Shown here: positions 63,951 to 64,000 of the stretch, one piece after another
Layout of the letters: each line of letters begins with the position of its first letter
How positions within the stretch are numbered: position 1 is the first letter of the stretch
Notes under the pieces: model-generated
Database searches by the model: none
The model's input: only the letters and a program-made list of their open reading frames with translations
What the model was told of the DNA's origin: nothing
Translations under genes and position numbers: made by a program
NCBI GenBank assembly: GCA_050230475.1
Contig: JBFLGF010000139.1
Coordinates: 1-64,000, forward strand
Direction of reading: 5' to 3'
Source of the DNA: Ancylonema sp.
Lineage: Eukaryota
Length of the DNA: 64,000 nucleotides

Positions 63951-64000
63951 TCAATAGTACAGAACTTGACGATGCATCTCTGACTTCGAAGGCTATATTT

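Overview
This is eukaryotic nuclear DNA with GT-AG introns and plant-type genes. It is most likely a streptophyte green alga or another early-diverging plant-lineage genome (inference). Six intron-containing host genes can be rebuilt by hand: CKS1 (-), a short-chain dehydrogenase (+), a plant PAXX/XLF-like NHEJ factor (-, 8 exons, largely invisible in the ORF track), a small At1g72020-like membrane protein (+), RanBP1 (-) and mitochondrial intermediate peptidase (+). They sit among nested transposons: hAT, pogo-like and Harbinger-like MITEs, a long foldback element, chromovirus-type LTR remnants, a solo LTR, a degenerate full-length Ty1/copia inserted in a Gag-protease ORF, and a spliced RPA-like OB-fold pseudogene (probably Helitron). 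There are four long (TA)n tracts. The most notable signals are: (1) two unrelated LTR families whose primer-binding site is complementary to their own predicted transcript 5' end (11 nt and 18 nt, tRNA-independent self-priming signature); (2) a copia whose two LTRs both end in AA instead of CA; (3) a non-autonomous LTR element carrying a Pro/Ala/Thr/Ser-rich ORF in place of gag-pol; (4) a retrotransposon protease ORF in splice phase with the RPA-like exons. No prokaryotic systems or CRISPR arrays were seen. All homology calls are from motif recognition, not database searches.
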